A stretch of 64,000 nt of DNA from positions 640-64,639 of the forward strand of contig JAKFXY010000004.1 in NCBI GenBank assembly GCA_021731165.1. Reading direction: 5' to 3'. Position numbers and translations under genes: made by a program. Under the pieces are notes generated by a model. It made no database searches and was not told the origin of the DNA. It saw only the letters and a program-made list of their open reading frames with translations. Positions 48,772-58,247 of this stretch are shown here, in pieces; positions within the stretch are counted from its first letter, which is position 1; each line of letters opens with the position of its first letter. Origin of the DNA: Acidobacteriota bacterium. GTDB taxonomy: Bacteria > Acidobacteriota > Vicinamibacteria > Vicinamibacterales > UBA2999.

Positions 48772-49407
48772 GTGGGTCCAGTCGTCTGCATGATCACGGA
48801 TCGACAGAGGCATGGTACCGGGTGGGAAAGCACGCTCGTGAATCGAGTTCGTGCCGCTGCGCTTGCTGGAGTGCATTTGGTACAGGTGCGAGAGCGGGAT
48901 CTCGATGCCGCGAGCTTGACTCGGCTCGTGACAGCGTGCGTCGAATCGGTCCGGGGTACGGAAACACGGATCGTTGTCAACGATCGCCTTGACGTGGCCT
49001 TGGCGGCAGGTGCGCACGGCGTTCACCTCAGGGGGGATTCGATGCCCGCCGAACGGGTGCGCAGGGTGGCCGGGCGCCCATTTCTGATCGGCCGATCGGT
49101 TCACGACCGCGACGAGGCCATTCGCGTCACGGAAGGATCCGAGCTGGACTACCTGGTGTTTGGGACGGTGTTTGACAGTCGCTCGAAGTCCGGATCCGCT
49201 CCCGCGGGCCTGGACAGACTCTCCGCCGTAACTGCCGCGACCCGGGTGCCGGTCCTGGCGGTGGGTGGTATGACCGTTGAGCGGTTTGCCAGCGTGGTCG
49301 AGGCGGGGGCGGCCGGTGGTGCGGCAATCGGGCTGTTTGCCGATGCTTCAGCGGATTCGCTTGTGGAGCGGATCCTCGCGCTTGTGAAGTCGGCGAGATA
49401 CTCCTAA
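48772..49407 (+). CDS. Thiamine phosphate synthase family protein (ThiE/TenI)
   Basis: VQVRERD, VNDRLDVA...GVHL, GRSVH, VF.S.SK, AVGG. Confidence 0.88.
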   Translation: MGPVVCMITDRQRHGTGWESTLVNRVRAAALAGVHLVQVRERDLDAASLTRLVTACVESVRGTETRIVVNDRLDVALAAGAHGVHLRGDSMPAERVRRVAGRPFLIGRSVHDRDEAIRVTEGSELDYLVFGTVFDSRSKSGSAPAGLDRLSAVTAATRVPVLAVGGMTVERFASVVEAGAAGGAAIGLFADASADSLVERILALVKSARYS

Positions 49408-49408
49408 C

Positions 49409-49825
49409 ATGAGGCCTCGGATGGCAGCCGTCGAACGTCCCGACCTGGATTTCGGCGCGCGCATGAAGCGGGCCCGAGAGGCCCGCGGTGTGTCATTGCG
49501 CCAGATCGCCGAGGCGACGAAGCTGTCGATCAGCGCGCTCGAGGCGCTCGAACGCGACGACATCTCGCGCCTCCCCGGTGGCATCTTCTCGCGTGCGTTC
49601 GTCCGATCGTATGCCGTTGAAGTCGGCATGGATCCCGAGCGGGCTGTCCGGGATTTCATCGCGCGGTTCCCACATGACTCCGTCACACAGGGGAGCCCCC
49701 ACGTGCCGCCGGTATTCGACGGCGATGCCGACAATCGGCGTCGGCGCGCCGGCGTCATCGCCATGGTACTGGTGCTCATCGTGCTGGCAGGGGCCGGGAT
49801 TCTCTACGTCGTGTCTCTCCGATAG
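49409..49825 (+). CDS. RodZ-like HTH protein (cytoplasmic HTH plus C-terminal TM only)
   Basis: GARMKRAREARGVSL..IA..TK.....LEALE......LPG..FSRAFVRSYA; ends right after the TM segment. Confidence 0.85.
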   Translation: MRPRMAAVERPDLDFGARMKRAREARGVSLRQIAEATKLSISALEALERDDISRLPGGIFSRAFVRSYAVEVGMDPERAVRDFIARFPHDSVTQGSPHVPPVFDGDADNRRRRAGVIAMVLVLIVLAGAGILYVVSLR

Positions 49826-49845
49826 CCTTCCCAATCCAGGTTTCG

Positions 49846-50631
49846 ATGGAGTCTGACTTCCGCACACCATTGCTCGAGTGTTTCCGCCAGGGTGACGCAC
49901 CACGGGACGTTCGACTGCTCGCCGCGCAGGGTGGCCTTGCGCCGCGTGCGCACGAGCAACTCGGGCTGCTCATGATTCTCGTTGCCGATACGGATGAGGA
50001 GATCGCGCGTGCGGCGGAAGCGACGCTCCAGGCGATTGCGCCGGGGTCGATTGAGGGTGTGCTGGCTGGCTCGAACGTTCCCGCCGAGATGCGCGCCTTC
50101 TTCGAGGCGCGTGGGGTGACGCCGGCCGAGGCGCCTGCGACTGAGATCGAGGTGCCGCTGCTTGACACCGGCGGACCGACGGAGCCGGAGGCCGCAGAGG
50201 GGACCATCGATGGCGGCGCGGTGCGTCCAGGGATGACGGAGAAGATCGCGGCGATGAACGTACCCGAGCGACTGAAGCTCGCGATGAAAGGCACGAGGGA
50301 GGAGAGGGCGGTGCTCATCCGCGATCCCAACAGGATGGTCGCCGCCGCGGTCCTGAGCAGCCCGAAGCTGAGCGAATCCGAGGTCACGAGCATTGCCCGG
50401 ATGGGGAATGTGTCCGAGGAGATCCTGCGAATCATCGGCCACACGCGTGCGTGGATAAAGAACTACTCGACGTGTTTGGCGCTGGTGAAGAACTCGAAGA
50501 CACCGCTGGCGCTCTCGATGAACCTGCTCTCGCGGCTGAATGAGAAGGACTTGCGGATGCTCTCCATCGACCGCAACGTGCCAGATACGCTGCGCATTAC
50601 CGCGCGCAAGAAGATCACCGTCAACAAGTAG
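49846..50631 (+). CDS. Hypothetical helical-repeat protein
   Basis: Clean ORF with host-like codon use; HEAT/LRV-like repeats (LIRDPNRMVAAAVLSSPK, LVKNSKTP, LSIDRNVP). Confidence 0.75.
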   Translation: MESDFRTPLLECFRQGDAPRDVRLLAAQGGLAPRAHEQLGLLMILVADTDEEIARAAEATLQAIAPGSIEGVLAGSNVPAEMRAFFEARGVTPAEAPATEIEVPLLDTGGPTEPEAAEGTIDGGAVRPGMTEKIAAMNVPERLKLAMKGTREERAVLIRDPNRMVAAAVLSSPKLSESEVTSIARMGNVSEEILRIIGHTRAWIKNYSTCLALVKNSKTPLALSMNLLSRLNEKDLRMLSIDRNVPDTLRITARKKITVNK

Positions 50632-50655
50632 CCGTCGCCTGTGGGGAACGGCTCC

Positions 50656-50949
50656 TCATCGTGGCGTCTTCGTTGCCCTTCCCTTCACCTGTGACCCTTT
50701 ACCTGTGACGCGGCCCTTCTGCCATTCCCGGTTCATCTCGGCAAGGCCCTCCATGTAGACGTGGGCTTTCGCCCGCTCTTCCTCGAGGGAGAGAGACTTG
50801 AGCAGCTCGAGGGCGTGCGCGAAGTCGTGGTCGAAGGTCTTCCTCGTCGTGGCGAAGTAAATCTTGCGGATCTCCGCGAGGGCGGCCTTGGCGTCAGGGG
50901 GGGGCTGCGTGAGTGAGCTCAGCGCCACGAAGCCAACGTGTTTACTCAC
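50656..50949 (-). CDS. Small hypothetical protein downstream of the GHMP kinase
   Basis: GTG start overlaps the kinase stop; amphipathic helices (LAEIRKIYF...VYMEGLAEMNREW). Confidence 0.65.
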   Translation of the reverse strand: MSKHVGFVALSSLTQPPPDAKAALAEIRKIYFATTRKTFDHDFAHALELLKSLSLEEERAKAHVYMEGLAEMNREWQKGRVTGKGSQVKGRATKTPR

Positions 50950-51931
50950 GCGTGAGCCCGTGGCGCTCAATATGGTAGTCGAGGACTCGCGCGCCGCCCG
51001 CTTCCAGTGCCGCGCGAATGGCATCCCGCTTTGCGGGAGGTCCATAGCAGAAGAGGCATCCACCGCCGCCTGCGCCGCAAACCTTGGCTGCGGTGGCACC
51101 AACAGCGGTTGCTCGCGCGATGAGCCCCTCGATCACTGGTGTCGTGACCCCCGGGGCCAGCTGTTTGCGGTTGTTCCACTCGGCGGCAATCGAGCGGCCC
51201 ACCGCATCCCAGTCGCCGCGCGCCAGGGCATCGCGCATGGTGGCCGCTGTGTCCCGGATGCGCTCGAAGCAGTCAAATATGTGGCGGTCGCCGTCGATGT
51301 GCTTCTTCGTGATCTCCCAGTTGTTCGTCCCGGAATTCCGAGGCTCACCCGTGTAGCACAAGACGATGCGCTGCTCGAGTGCTGCGGCGTCCACGTCGAG
51401 CGCCACGCGACGGACGCCGTCCACCTCGAGCTCGAGTGCGGCAATACCTCCGTAGAGTGCCGGCCGGTAGTCCTGCAGTCCGGTCGGCACGTTGATCGCT
51501 TGGGATTCGACGTTCATCGCCACTTGGAGCAACGCCTCGGGCTCATAGTGTATTCGCCGCCAGTCGGCCAGCGCCGCGCAGACAGCCACGCTCAAGGCCG
51601 AGGAACCGGCGATCCCTGCGCCGGCAGGCGACTCGCTCGAAGTCGTCAGGGTGATCCCGCGCGCCTCGAAGAAATGCGCCAGGAGGGACAGCAGCCGCAG
51701 CTCCTTCCGATCCCGCAACTCTCGCCAGTCGTCGGCTTCCACTGCCACGCCGGTGTCCTGTGATCGAATGACGATGCGGGTGTCGTCGCGGACATCGATG
51801 CGGGCCTTGGCCCGCAGGCTGATGGCGGCATTGAGCGTCTGCGCACCCGGATGGAACAAGTAGAGCGGCCAGATGTCGATCGTGCCGCCGGCGAGGTCAA
51901 TGCGGGTCGGCGCGGAAGTGACGATGGGCAC
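50942..51931 (-). CDS. GHMP-family sugar kinase (HddA-like)
   Basis: APTRIDLAGG, PAGAGIAGSSA (GHMP P-loop), GLQD, KVCGAGGGG. Start refined to GTG 51931. Confidence 0.88.
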   Translation of the reverse strand: MPIVTSAPTRIDLAGGTIDIWPLYLFHPGAQTLNAAISLRAKARIDVRDDTRIVIRSQDTGVAVEADDWRELRDRKELRLLSLLAHFFEARGITLTTSSESPAGAGIAGSSALSVAVCAALADWRRIHYEPEALLQVAMNVESQAINVPTGLQDYRPALYGGIAALELEVDGVRRVALDVDAAALEQRIVLCYTGEPRNSGTNNWEITKKHIDGDRHIFDCFERIRDTAATMRDALARGDWDAVGRSIAAEWNNRKQLAPGVTTPVIEGLIARATAVGATAAKVCGAGGGGCLFCYGPPAKRDAIRAALEAGGARVLDYHIERHGLTRE

Positions 51932-51937
51932 GAGGAG

Positions 51938-51996
51938 ATTATATGGAACCTCGGACGCGACAACGACAAGGCCCTTGAAACGGCACGCTCTATAAT
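51938..51996. promoter_or_regulatory. Divergent TATAAT -10 elements, each 6-7 nt before a GTG start (leaderless-type)
   Basis: Minus strand TATAAT (51943-51938) plus 6 nt then GTG 51931; plus strand TATAAT (51991-51996) plus 7 nt then GTG 52004. Confidence 0.65.
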
Positions 51997-52003
51997 GTCC
52001 GCT

Positions 52004-53089
52004 GTGTCCCTTCGTCGTGAGATCGGCCAGCTCCTCATCGGCAGCCTGCCTGGCACGACCATTCCTCCCGAAGCGCGATCGCTGGCGCGTGAGTTTCAGC
52101 TCGGCGGCGTCATCCTCTTCTCGCGCAACATCGAGGTGCCGGAGCAGGTGGCCGAGCTCGCGCACGACGTGCAGTCGCTCGCGTCGGGGCTGCCGTTGTG
52201 GGTGAGTGTCGATCAGGAAGGGGGGCGGGTAGCGCGGCTTCGCGCGCCGTTCACGGTGTGGCCGCCGATGGGGGTGCTCGGACGCAGCGGCGACCCGGCG
52301 CTCGCTGAACGCTTCGCACGCGCCTTGGCCGCTGAGCTGAAGGCGGTCGGCATTACCCTCGACTACGCCCCGGTCCTCGATATCCACACCAACCCAAGGA
52401 ATCCGATCATCGGCGATCGTGCTCTGTCGGACCAGGCGCAGATGGTGGCGACGCTCGGTGCCGCCATCGTGCGCGGCCTGCAGGAGAGCGGCGTGGCCGC
52501 CTGCGGCAAGCATTTCCCCGGGCATGGCGATACATCGGTAGACTCGCACCTCGACCTCCCGCTCGTCGAGCATCCTCCCGATCGAATTCGGCGCGTCGAG
52601 TTCGTCCCGTTCCGCGAGGCGATCCGCCAGGAAGTGGCCTTTATCATGACGGCCCACGTCCTGGTCCCGTCGCTCGATGAGGAGAGGCCTGCCACGCTTT
52701 CTCCGCGTATCGTCCGGGCCCTGCTCCGGGAGGAGCTCGGCTACGACGGCGTCATCCTGAGCGACGACCTCGAGATGAAGGCCATCGCAAAGACATACAC
52801 GGTGCCCGAGGCCGCCGTCGAGGCGATTGGCGCCGGTTGCGACGGGATTCTGATCTGCAGTGGCGACCTCGACGTGCAGGCCGCGATGCTCGAAGCGCTG
52901 GTGCATGCGGTCGAGGATGGCGCGATTCCCTTCAAGCGCGTGGAAGATGCGCTGACGCGGCAGCGCCGGGCCAAGGAACGGTTTCTCACGACGCTCGCCA
53001 CGGCGCCTCCGCGCGCCGCCGCGCTGCGCGAGGTGATCGGCTGCGATCAACACCGGCGCATTGCCGAGGAGATGGGGCGGTTTCTGTGA
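52004..53089 (+). CDS. nagZ: Beta-N-acetylhexosaminidase NagZ (GH3)
   Basis: GGVILFSRN, VDQEGGRV, KHFPGHG....DSH, MTAHV, SDDLEM. Start is GTG 52004 or ATG 51995. Confidence 0.94.
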   Translation: MSLRREIGQLLIGSLPGTTIPPEARSLAREFQLGGVILFSRNIEVPEQVAELAHDVQSLASGLPLWVSVDQEGGRVARLRAPFTVWPPMGVLGRSGDPALAERFARALAAELKAVGITLDYAPVLDIHTNPRNPIIGDRALSDQAQMVATLGAAIVRGLQESGVAACGKHFPGHGDTSVDSHLDLPLVEHPPDRIRRVEFVPFREAIRQEVAFIMTAHVLVPSLDEERPATLSPRIVRALLREELGYDGVILSDDLEMKAIAKTYTVPEAAVEAIGAGCDGILICSGDLDVQAAMLEALVHAVEDGAIPFKRVEDALTRQRRAKERFLTTLATAPPRAAALREVIGCDQHRRIAEEMGRFL

Positions 53090-54015
53090 TGAAGCCCCGT
53101 GCCCTCAAGCCAGGCGATCGGATTGCGGTCGTGTCGCCGGCCAGCCCGTTCTCACGCGAGGCGTTCGAGAAGGGGGTCGGGGAGCTGCGCACGCTTGGCT
53201 ATGTGCCGGTCTATCACGACTCGGTCTTCGATCGTGCGCTCGGTGGGATGACGTCCGGGCCAGCGGAGTTGCGCGCTGCCGCTTTCGTCCGTGCCTGGTC
53301 GGATCCCTCGATCGCGGCGCTCATCGCGGTTCGAGGCGGACACGGGAGCGTGCACATGCTGCCGCACTTGGAGGGATGGGATCCGCGCCAGAACCCGAAG
53401 CTCTTCATCGGGTACAGCGATAACACGTCCATTCTTGCATGGCTCACGACGCAATGCGGGATCACCGCCTTGCACGGCCCGATGCTCGACGGCCGGCTCG
53501 CGCGGGGCACCGATGGGTACGACCGTACTTCTTTCTCCAGGCTGATTCAGGGCAGCGGTGCAGGACTCGTCATGGCGCCCGAGGGGCTCTCCGTCGTGAG
53601 CGACGGGGAGGCGTCTGGCCCTCTTCACGGTGGCACGCTGACCCTGCTCGCCGCCTCGATGGGCACGCCCTACGCGTTCGCCCCTCCGGATGGCAGCGTG
53701 CTCTTCCTCGAAGACGTCAACGAGCGGCCGTACAAGATCGACCGCCTTCTGATGCAGCTTCGACTCGCCGGTGTCGTCGGACGTGCACGCGCCATCGTCT
53801 TTGGCGAAATGCGCGGTTGCGACGAGCCAGGCGGAGAGCTGAAGCTTCGCGACCTGCTACCCGAGCTGCTCGAGGACTTCGAAGGTCCGGTGCTGTTCGG
53901 TTTCCCCTCAGGGCACACGACTGGGCCGTGTTGGTCTCTTCCGTTCGGGGTGCGGGTGACGGTGAAGACGTCTCCGGCGCCGTCGGTGGCGATCGAGGAA
54001 TCACCTGTTGAATAG
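53089..54015 (+). CDS. ldcA: LD-carboxypeptidase (S66 family)
   Basis: KPGDRIAVVSPAS, RGGHG, GYSDNT, HGPM, FLEDVNE, SGH. Confidence 0.92.
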   Translation: MKPRALKPGDRIAVVSPASPFSREAFEKGVGELRTLGYVPVYHDSVFDRALGGMTSGPAELRAAAFVRAWSDPSIAALIAVRGGHGSVHMLPHLEGWDPRQNPKLFIGYSDNTSILAWLTTQCGITALHGPMLDGRLARGTDGYDRTSFSRLIQGSGAGLVMAPEGLSVVSDGEASGPLHGGTLTLLAASMGTPYAFAPPDGSVLFLEDVNERPYKIDRLLMQLRLAGVVGRARAIVFGEMRGCDEPGGELKLRDLLPELLEDFEGPVLFGFPSGHTTGPCWSLPFGVRVTVKTSPAPSVAIEESPVE

Positions 54016-55462
54016 GAATCAGCGGATCTATCTGATCGGAATCTGCGGCACCGCGATGGCCACGCTGGCGGCCCTTCTCAAGCGGCGGGGGTGCGAGGTG
54101 CGCGGCTCCGATCAGAATGTCTATCCGCCGATGAGCGACTTCCTCGCGGCCGAGGGCATTGGGGCGATATCAGGCTACGCGGCCGAGCACATCACGAGCG
54201 ACATCGACCTCGTCGTCGTTGGCAACGCCATCTCGCGTGGAAATCCTGAGCTCGAGGCCGTGCTCGAGCGGAAGGTCCGTTACTGCTCGTTGCCGGAGGC
54301 GGTGCGCGATCATTTTCTGTGGGGCGCGCGATCGATCGTTATAGCCGGCACGCACGGCAAGACCACGACCACGTCGCTGGCCGGGTGGCTGCTCACACAC
54401 GCCCACATGGATCCCACCGTGCTGGTGGGGGGGATCGCGCTCAACTTCGGGGAGCACGGGTCGAGTTATCGCGTCGGCGGTGGACGCGACTTCGTGATTG
54501 AAGGCGACGAGTACGACAGCGCGTTCTTCGACAAGACCGCCAAGTTTCTCAAGTATCTGCCGGACGTGGCCGTGATCAACAACATCGAGTTCGATCACGC
54601 CGATATCTATCCGGATCTCGACGCCGTGCGGTTGGCGTTCCGCCGGCTGGTGAATCTGGTGCCGCGCAGCGGTCTGCTCCTCCTCGGCGCCGACAGCCCG
54701 CATGCGGCGACGCTGCGGCCCAACGCGGTCAGCCCGGTCGAGACGTTCGGGTTCTCTGAGGGTGCGGACTGGCGGGCCGATGACCTCGAGCCTGTCGATG
54801 GAATGACCCGGTTCCAGGTGCGCCGCGGTGGCGAGTTGTTCGGGCTGTTTGAATCGCCGCTCCTCGGCGCTCACAATGTGCGCAACGCTCTGGCGGCGAT
54901 CGCGGTAGGGAGCTTTGTCGGCGTGGGGGCCTCGGAGCTCGCGGCCGGTCTCCGCGCGTTTCGAGGCATCAAGCGCAGGCTGGAAATCGTCGGCGTCGCA
55001 GGAGGCGTGACGGTGCTGGACGATTTCGCGCACCATCCGACCGCGGTCCACGAGACACTGGCGGCACTGCGAATCGGTTACCCCTCTCGCCGGATCTGGG
55101 CGGTATTCGAGCCGCGCTCTGCTTCGTCGTGCAGACGCGTCTTTCAGGACGATTTCGCGCGGGCATTCGTGGACGCGGATGAGGTCGTGATCGCCGGCCT
55201 GTTTCGTTCGTCGTTGCCCGAGTCGGAGCGGCTCTCGGTCGAGCAGCTCGTGACGGACATCGAGACGAGCGGCCGGCGCGCACGCCACATCCCCGAGGTC
55301 AGCGACATCGTCAGCACGATCGTCGCGGAGCGGCGAGATGGCGACATCGTCGTGCTGATGTCGAATGGCGGCTTCGGCGGGATCCACGGAAAGCTCCTGC
55401 AGGCGCTGGCCGTGTCGGCCCCTGGCGCCGACCCCGGTTCCAAAATCGGAATGGCGCGGTGA
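54008..55462 (+). CDS. mpl: Murein peptide ligase (UDP-MurNAc:L-Ala-gamma-D-Glu-mDAP ligase)
   Basis: GICGTAM, GSDQNVYPPMS, GTHGKTTT, EGDEYDSAFFDK, EFDHADI, DDFAHHPT, MSNGGFGG. Confidence 0.94.
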   Translation: MNRNQRIYLIGICGTAMATLAALLKRRGCEVRGSDQNVYPPMSDFLAAEGIGAISGYAAEHITSDIDLVVVGNAISRGNPELEAVLERKVRYCSLPEAVRDHFLWGARSIVIAGTHGKTTTTSLAGWLLTHAHMDPTVLVGGIALNFGEHGSSYRVGGGRDFVIEGDEYDSAFFDKTAKFLKYLPDVAVINNIEFDHADIYPDLDAVRLAFRRLVNLVPRSGLLLLGADSPHAATLRPNAVSPVETFGFSEGADWRADDLEPVDGMTRFQVRRGGELFGLFESPLLGAHNVRNALAAIAVGSFVGVGASELAAGLRAFRGIKRRLEIVGVAGGVTVLDDFAHHPTAVHETLAALRIGYPSRRIWAVFEPRSASSCRRVFQDDFARAFVDADEVVIAGLFRSSLPESERLSVEQLVTDIETSGRRARHIPEVSDIVSTIVAERRDGDIVVLMSNGGFGGIHGKLLQALAVSAPGADPGSKIGMAR

Positions 55463-57147
55463 GCGCCAGTCTCCGAACGTCCGCACCGATAATTCTGGAC
55501 GCCGGTGACTCTGCACTGGTCATGGAGTTGGGTGAGACGATCGACGAGCAGGTGAACGCGCGTGCAGTGGCGGCAGCTGCGTGGCTGCGTGAGGCGCATC
55601 TTTCCGGCGTTCGGGATGTCGTGCCGACCTACGCGGCCGTAGCCGTCTTCTTCGATCCACTTACAACGGATGCTGAGGCTGTACGGCAGGCCATGGTGCG
55701 CGCCCGCGAAGCATCTCCGTGCGAGGCTGATGGGCCGATCATCGAGATACCGGTGGCATACGGGGGTGAGGCAGGCCCTGATCTTGTGGAGGTGGCGCGG
55801 TGGGCCGGGATGAGCCCGGACGAGGTGATCGAGCGACACGCGTCGAGGACGTATCGTGTGTTCATGCTCGGGTTCCTTCCTGGATTCGCGTACATGGGCA
55901 CCGTGGAGGAGGCCATTGCCGCGCCCCGGCTGGCGACGCCGCGGGTGCGCGTGCCGGCGGGATCCGTAGGCATTGCCGGAGGCCAGACCGGTATTTACTC
56001 TACGGAGTCGCCGGGCGGCTGGCAGATCATTGGACGCACTCCTGTGAGCGTCTTCGATGCGATCCGGACCCCCGCGTCGATGTTCGCGCCAGGTGATCGC
56101 GTGAGGTTCGTGTCCGCAGGTGCCGCACCGGCGGTTCGCCAGGAGGCGCCCGACGAAGACGTGCGCAACGCCATCGCCGGGCGGCCGTTTGCCGGCCGTC
56201 CAGAGATGGCGGGCCGCCGCTCCATTACCGTCGTCAGGCCCGGGCTCTTCACCACGATCCAGGATGGCGGCCGCTGGGGTTACCAGGCCCAGGGCGTCCC
56301 CGTGGCTGGTCCGATGGATCCCGTCGCGCACCGTGTCGCGAATGCGCTCGTCGGTAACCCGGCTGACGCTGCCACCCTTGAGGCCACGATCCTCGGGCCT
56401 GAATTGCGACTTGAGACCGAGGCGATGCTGGGTGTCGCTGGAGCGGATCTGGGCGTGACGCTCGACGGTGCGCAGTTGCCGCCGGGCCACGCCGCGCGCG
56501 GTGCGGCTGGCAGCGTCCTGCGGTTCAGCCGGCGCGTTCATGGCACGCGTGCGTATGTGGCGTTCGACGGAGGTGTGGACGTGCCGCCCATACTCGGCAG
56601 CCGTGCTACGTACGTACCAAGCGGGCTGGGTGGGATCGACGGGCGCGCACTCAAGGTCGGCGACGTGCTGCCACTGCGAAGCGCGGACCGGAGTCCCGCC
56701 GGAAGTCAGGATCGGGGTCTGACCTCAGTGATGGATCGGCTCAAGGCCGGCGGGGCCCGTGTGCGAGTAATCGCCGGGCCGCAGAGCAGCTTCTTCGAGC
56801 CGGGGACGCTGGAATCGCTCCAGCGCTCGCGGTTCACGATTTCGCCGCAGTCCGATCGCATGGGATACCGGCTGACCGGTGCGCGGATTCCGCGCGCCTC
56901 GCGCGAGATGATCTCCGGCGCGACATTCACCGGGGCGCTGCAGGTTCCTGCCTCTGGCGACCCGATTCTGCTCATGGCAGACCGCCAGGTCACGGGCGGA
57001 TATCCGCAGATTGCCGTCGTGATCACCGCCGATCTTCCAGTGGTTGGTCAGCTTGCCCCTGGCGACTGGGTCGAGTTCGAGATATGCACTCGCGCGGAAG
57101 CCATAGCCGCCCTTGCGGAACAGGAGCAGTGCTTGGTTCGTGGCTGA
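55459..57147 (+). CDS. Fused 5-oxoprolinase subunits B and C (KipI/KipA; allophanate hydrolase subunit 1/2 domains)
   Basis: PxpB part: GDSAL, VVPTY, GFLPGFAYM, PAGSVGIAG.QTGIY...SPGGWQIIGRT. PxpC part: TTIQDGGR, GSRATY, SDRMGYRL, GGYPQI. Confidence 0.88.
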   Translation: MSASLRTSAPIILDAGDSALVMELGETIDEQVNARAVAAAAWLREAHLSGVRDVVPTYAAVAVFFDPLTTDAEAVRQAMVRAREASPCEADGPIIEIPVAYGGEAGPDLVEVARWAGMSPDEVIERHASRTYRVFMLGFLPGFAYMGTVEEAIAAPRLATPRVRVPAGSVGIAGGQTGIYSTESPGGWQIIGRTPVSVFDAIRTPASMFAPGDRVRFVSAGAAPAVRQEAPDEDVRNAIAGRPFAGRPEMAGRRSITVVRPGLFTTIQDGGRWGYQAQGVPVAGPMDPVAHRVANALVGNPADAATLEATILGPELRLETEAMLGVAGADLGVTLDGAQLPPGHAARGAAGSVLRFSRRVHGTRAYVAFDGGVDVPPILGSRATYVPSGLGGIDGRALKVGDVLPLRSADRSPAGSQDRGLTSVMDRLKAGGARVRVIAGPQSSFFEPGTLESLQRSRFTISPQSDRMGYRLTGARIPRASREMISGATFTGALQVPASGDPILLMADRQVTGGYPQIAVVITADLPVVGQLAPGDWVEFEICTRAEAIAALAEQEQCLVRG

Positions 57148-58231
57148 GCCACTCGTGCCGACTGGGCAGGTCGACTTGAGGCCGCTGACGACTCTTGGGG
57201 TCGGCGGGCGGGCGCGCTGGTATGTCAGGGCCAGTTCCGTGGAGGAGGTCGCGACGGCGTACGCCTGGGCGCAGGACCGCAACCTGGAGGTGTTCGTGCT
57301 GGGGGGCGGGAGCAACCTCGTGGTGGCTGACGAGGGGTGGCCGGGCCTTGTCCTCCATGTGGGAATCAACGGTGCGACATTCTGGGGCGACGGGACCGAC
57401 ACCTTCGTCACGGCGGGCGCGGGAGGCACCTGGGATGATCTGGTCTTGGCCGTCGTGTCGCGTGGCCTTGCTGGAGTCGAGTGCTTGTCGGGCATTCCGG
57501 GCACTGTCGGGGCAACGCCGCTGCAGAACGTCGGGGCGTACGGCCAGGAGGTGGCTGGAGTGATCGATTCTGTGACGGCATTCGATCGCGCCACCGGCGA
57601 GACGCTGAGGATCCCGTCGGACGAGTGTGGGTTTGGCTACCGAATGAGCCGCTTCAAGGGACGCGACGCCGGCCGGTTCGTGGTGTGTCATGTGACGCTC
57701 CGTGTTCGTCCCGGGTTCCCCACGGTGACGTACCCCGATCTCGTCGATTACGTGGAGCGACATGCGATCATGTCGCCCGGGGTCGGCGATGTTCGCGACG
57801 CGGTAATCGCAATCCGGCGCCGGAAGGGCATGGTCCTCGATGCGGCCGATCCGGATACCCGCAGCGTCGGGTCCTTCTTCGTGAACCCGGTAATCAAGGA
57901 CGAGGTCTACCATCGGATTGCCGCCGGTGGAGGGATACCGTCGTTTGCTGCAGGAGCCGGGTTCGTGAAGATTTCCGCGGCATGGCTCATCGAACGTGCC
58001 GGCTTCGGGCGCGGGTTCGGAGCTGGTGGGGCGGCGCTCTCCACGAAGCACCCGCTGGCGATTACCAATCGTGGCGGTGCCTCGGCGCGTGAGGTTGTTG
58101 CGCTCGCGGCGCGTATCAAGCACCAGGTGGCCGACCGCTTCGGTATCTGGCTTCGGCCGGAGCCGCTTTTCGTCGGCTTCGGGGATGACGCCGATGTGGC
58201 GTACTTGCAGGCGCACGACGCTGCTGGATGA
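57140..58231 (+). CDS. murB: UDP-N-acetylenolpyruvoylglucosamine reductase
   Basis: TTLGVGG, LGGGSNL, GIPGTVG, QNVGAYG, FGYRMSRFK, SVGSFFVNP, KHPLAITN. Confidence 0.95.
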   Translation: MAEPLVPTGQVDLRPLTTLGVGGRARWYVRASSVEEVATAYAWAQDRNLEVFVLGGGSNLVVADEGWPGLVLHVGINGATFWGDGTDTFVTAGAGGTWDDLVLAVVSRGLAGVECLSGIPGTVGATPLQNVGAYGQEVAGVIDSVTAFDRATGETLRIPSDECGFGYRMSRFKGRDAGRFVVCHVTLRVRPGFPTVTYPDLVDYVERHAIMSPGVGDVRDAVIAIRRRKGMVLDAADPDTRSVGSFFVNPVIKDEVYHRIAAGGGIPSFAAGAGFVKISAAWLIERAGFGRGFGAGGAALSTKHPLAITNRGGASAREVVALAARIKHQVADRFGIWLRPEPLFVGFGDDADVAYLQAHDAAG

Positions 58232-58247
58232 ATGCTACAGGAGATGA

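Noticed and set aside
51932-53053. N-terminal extension making the GHMP kinase 703 aa
   Set aside because: The extension is antisense to nagZ; kinase homology starts at GTG 51931.
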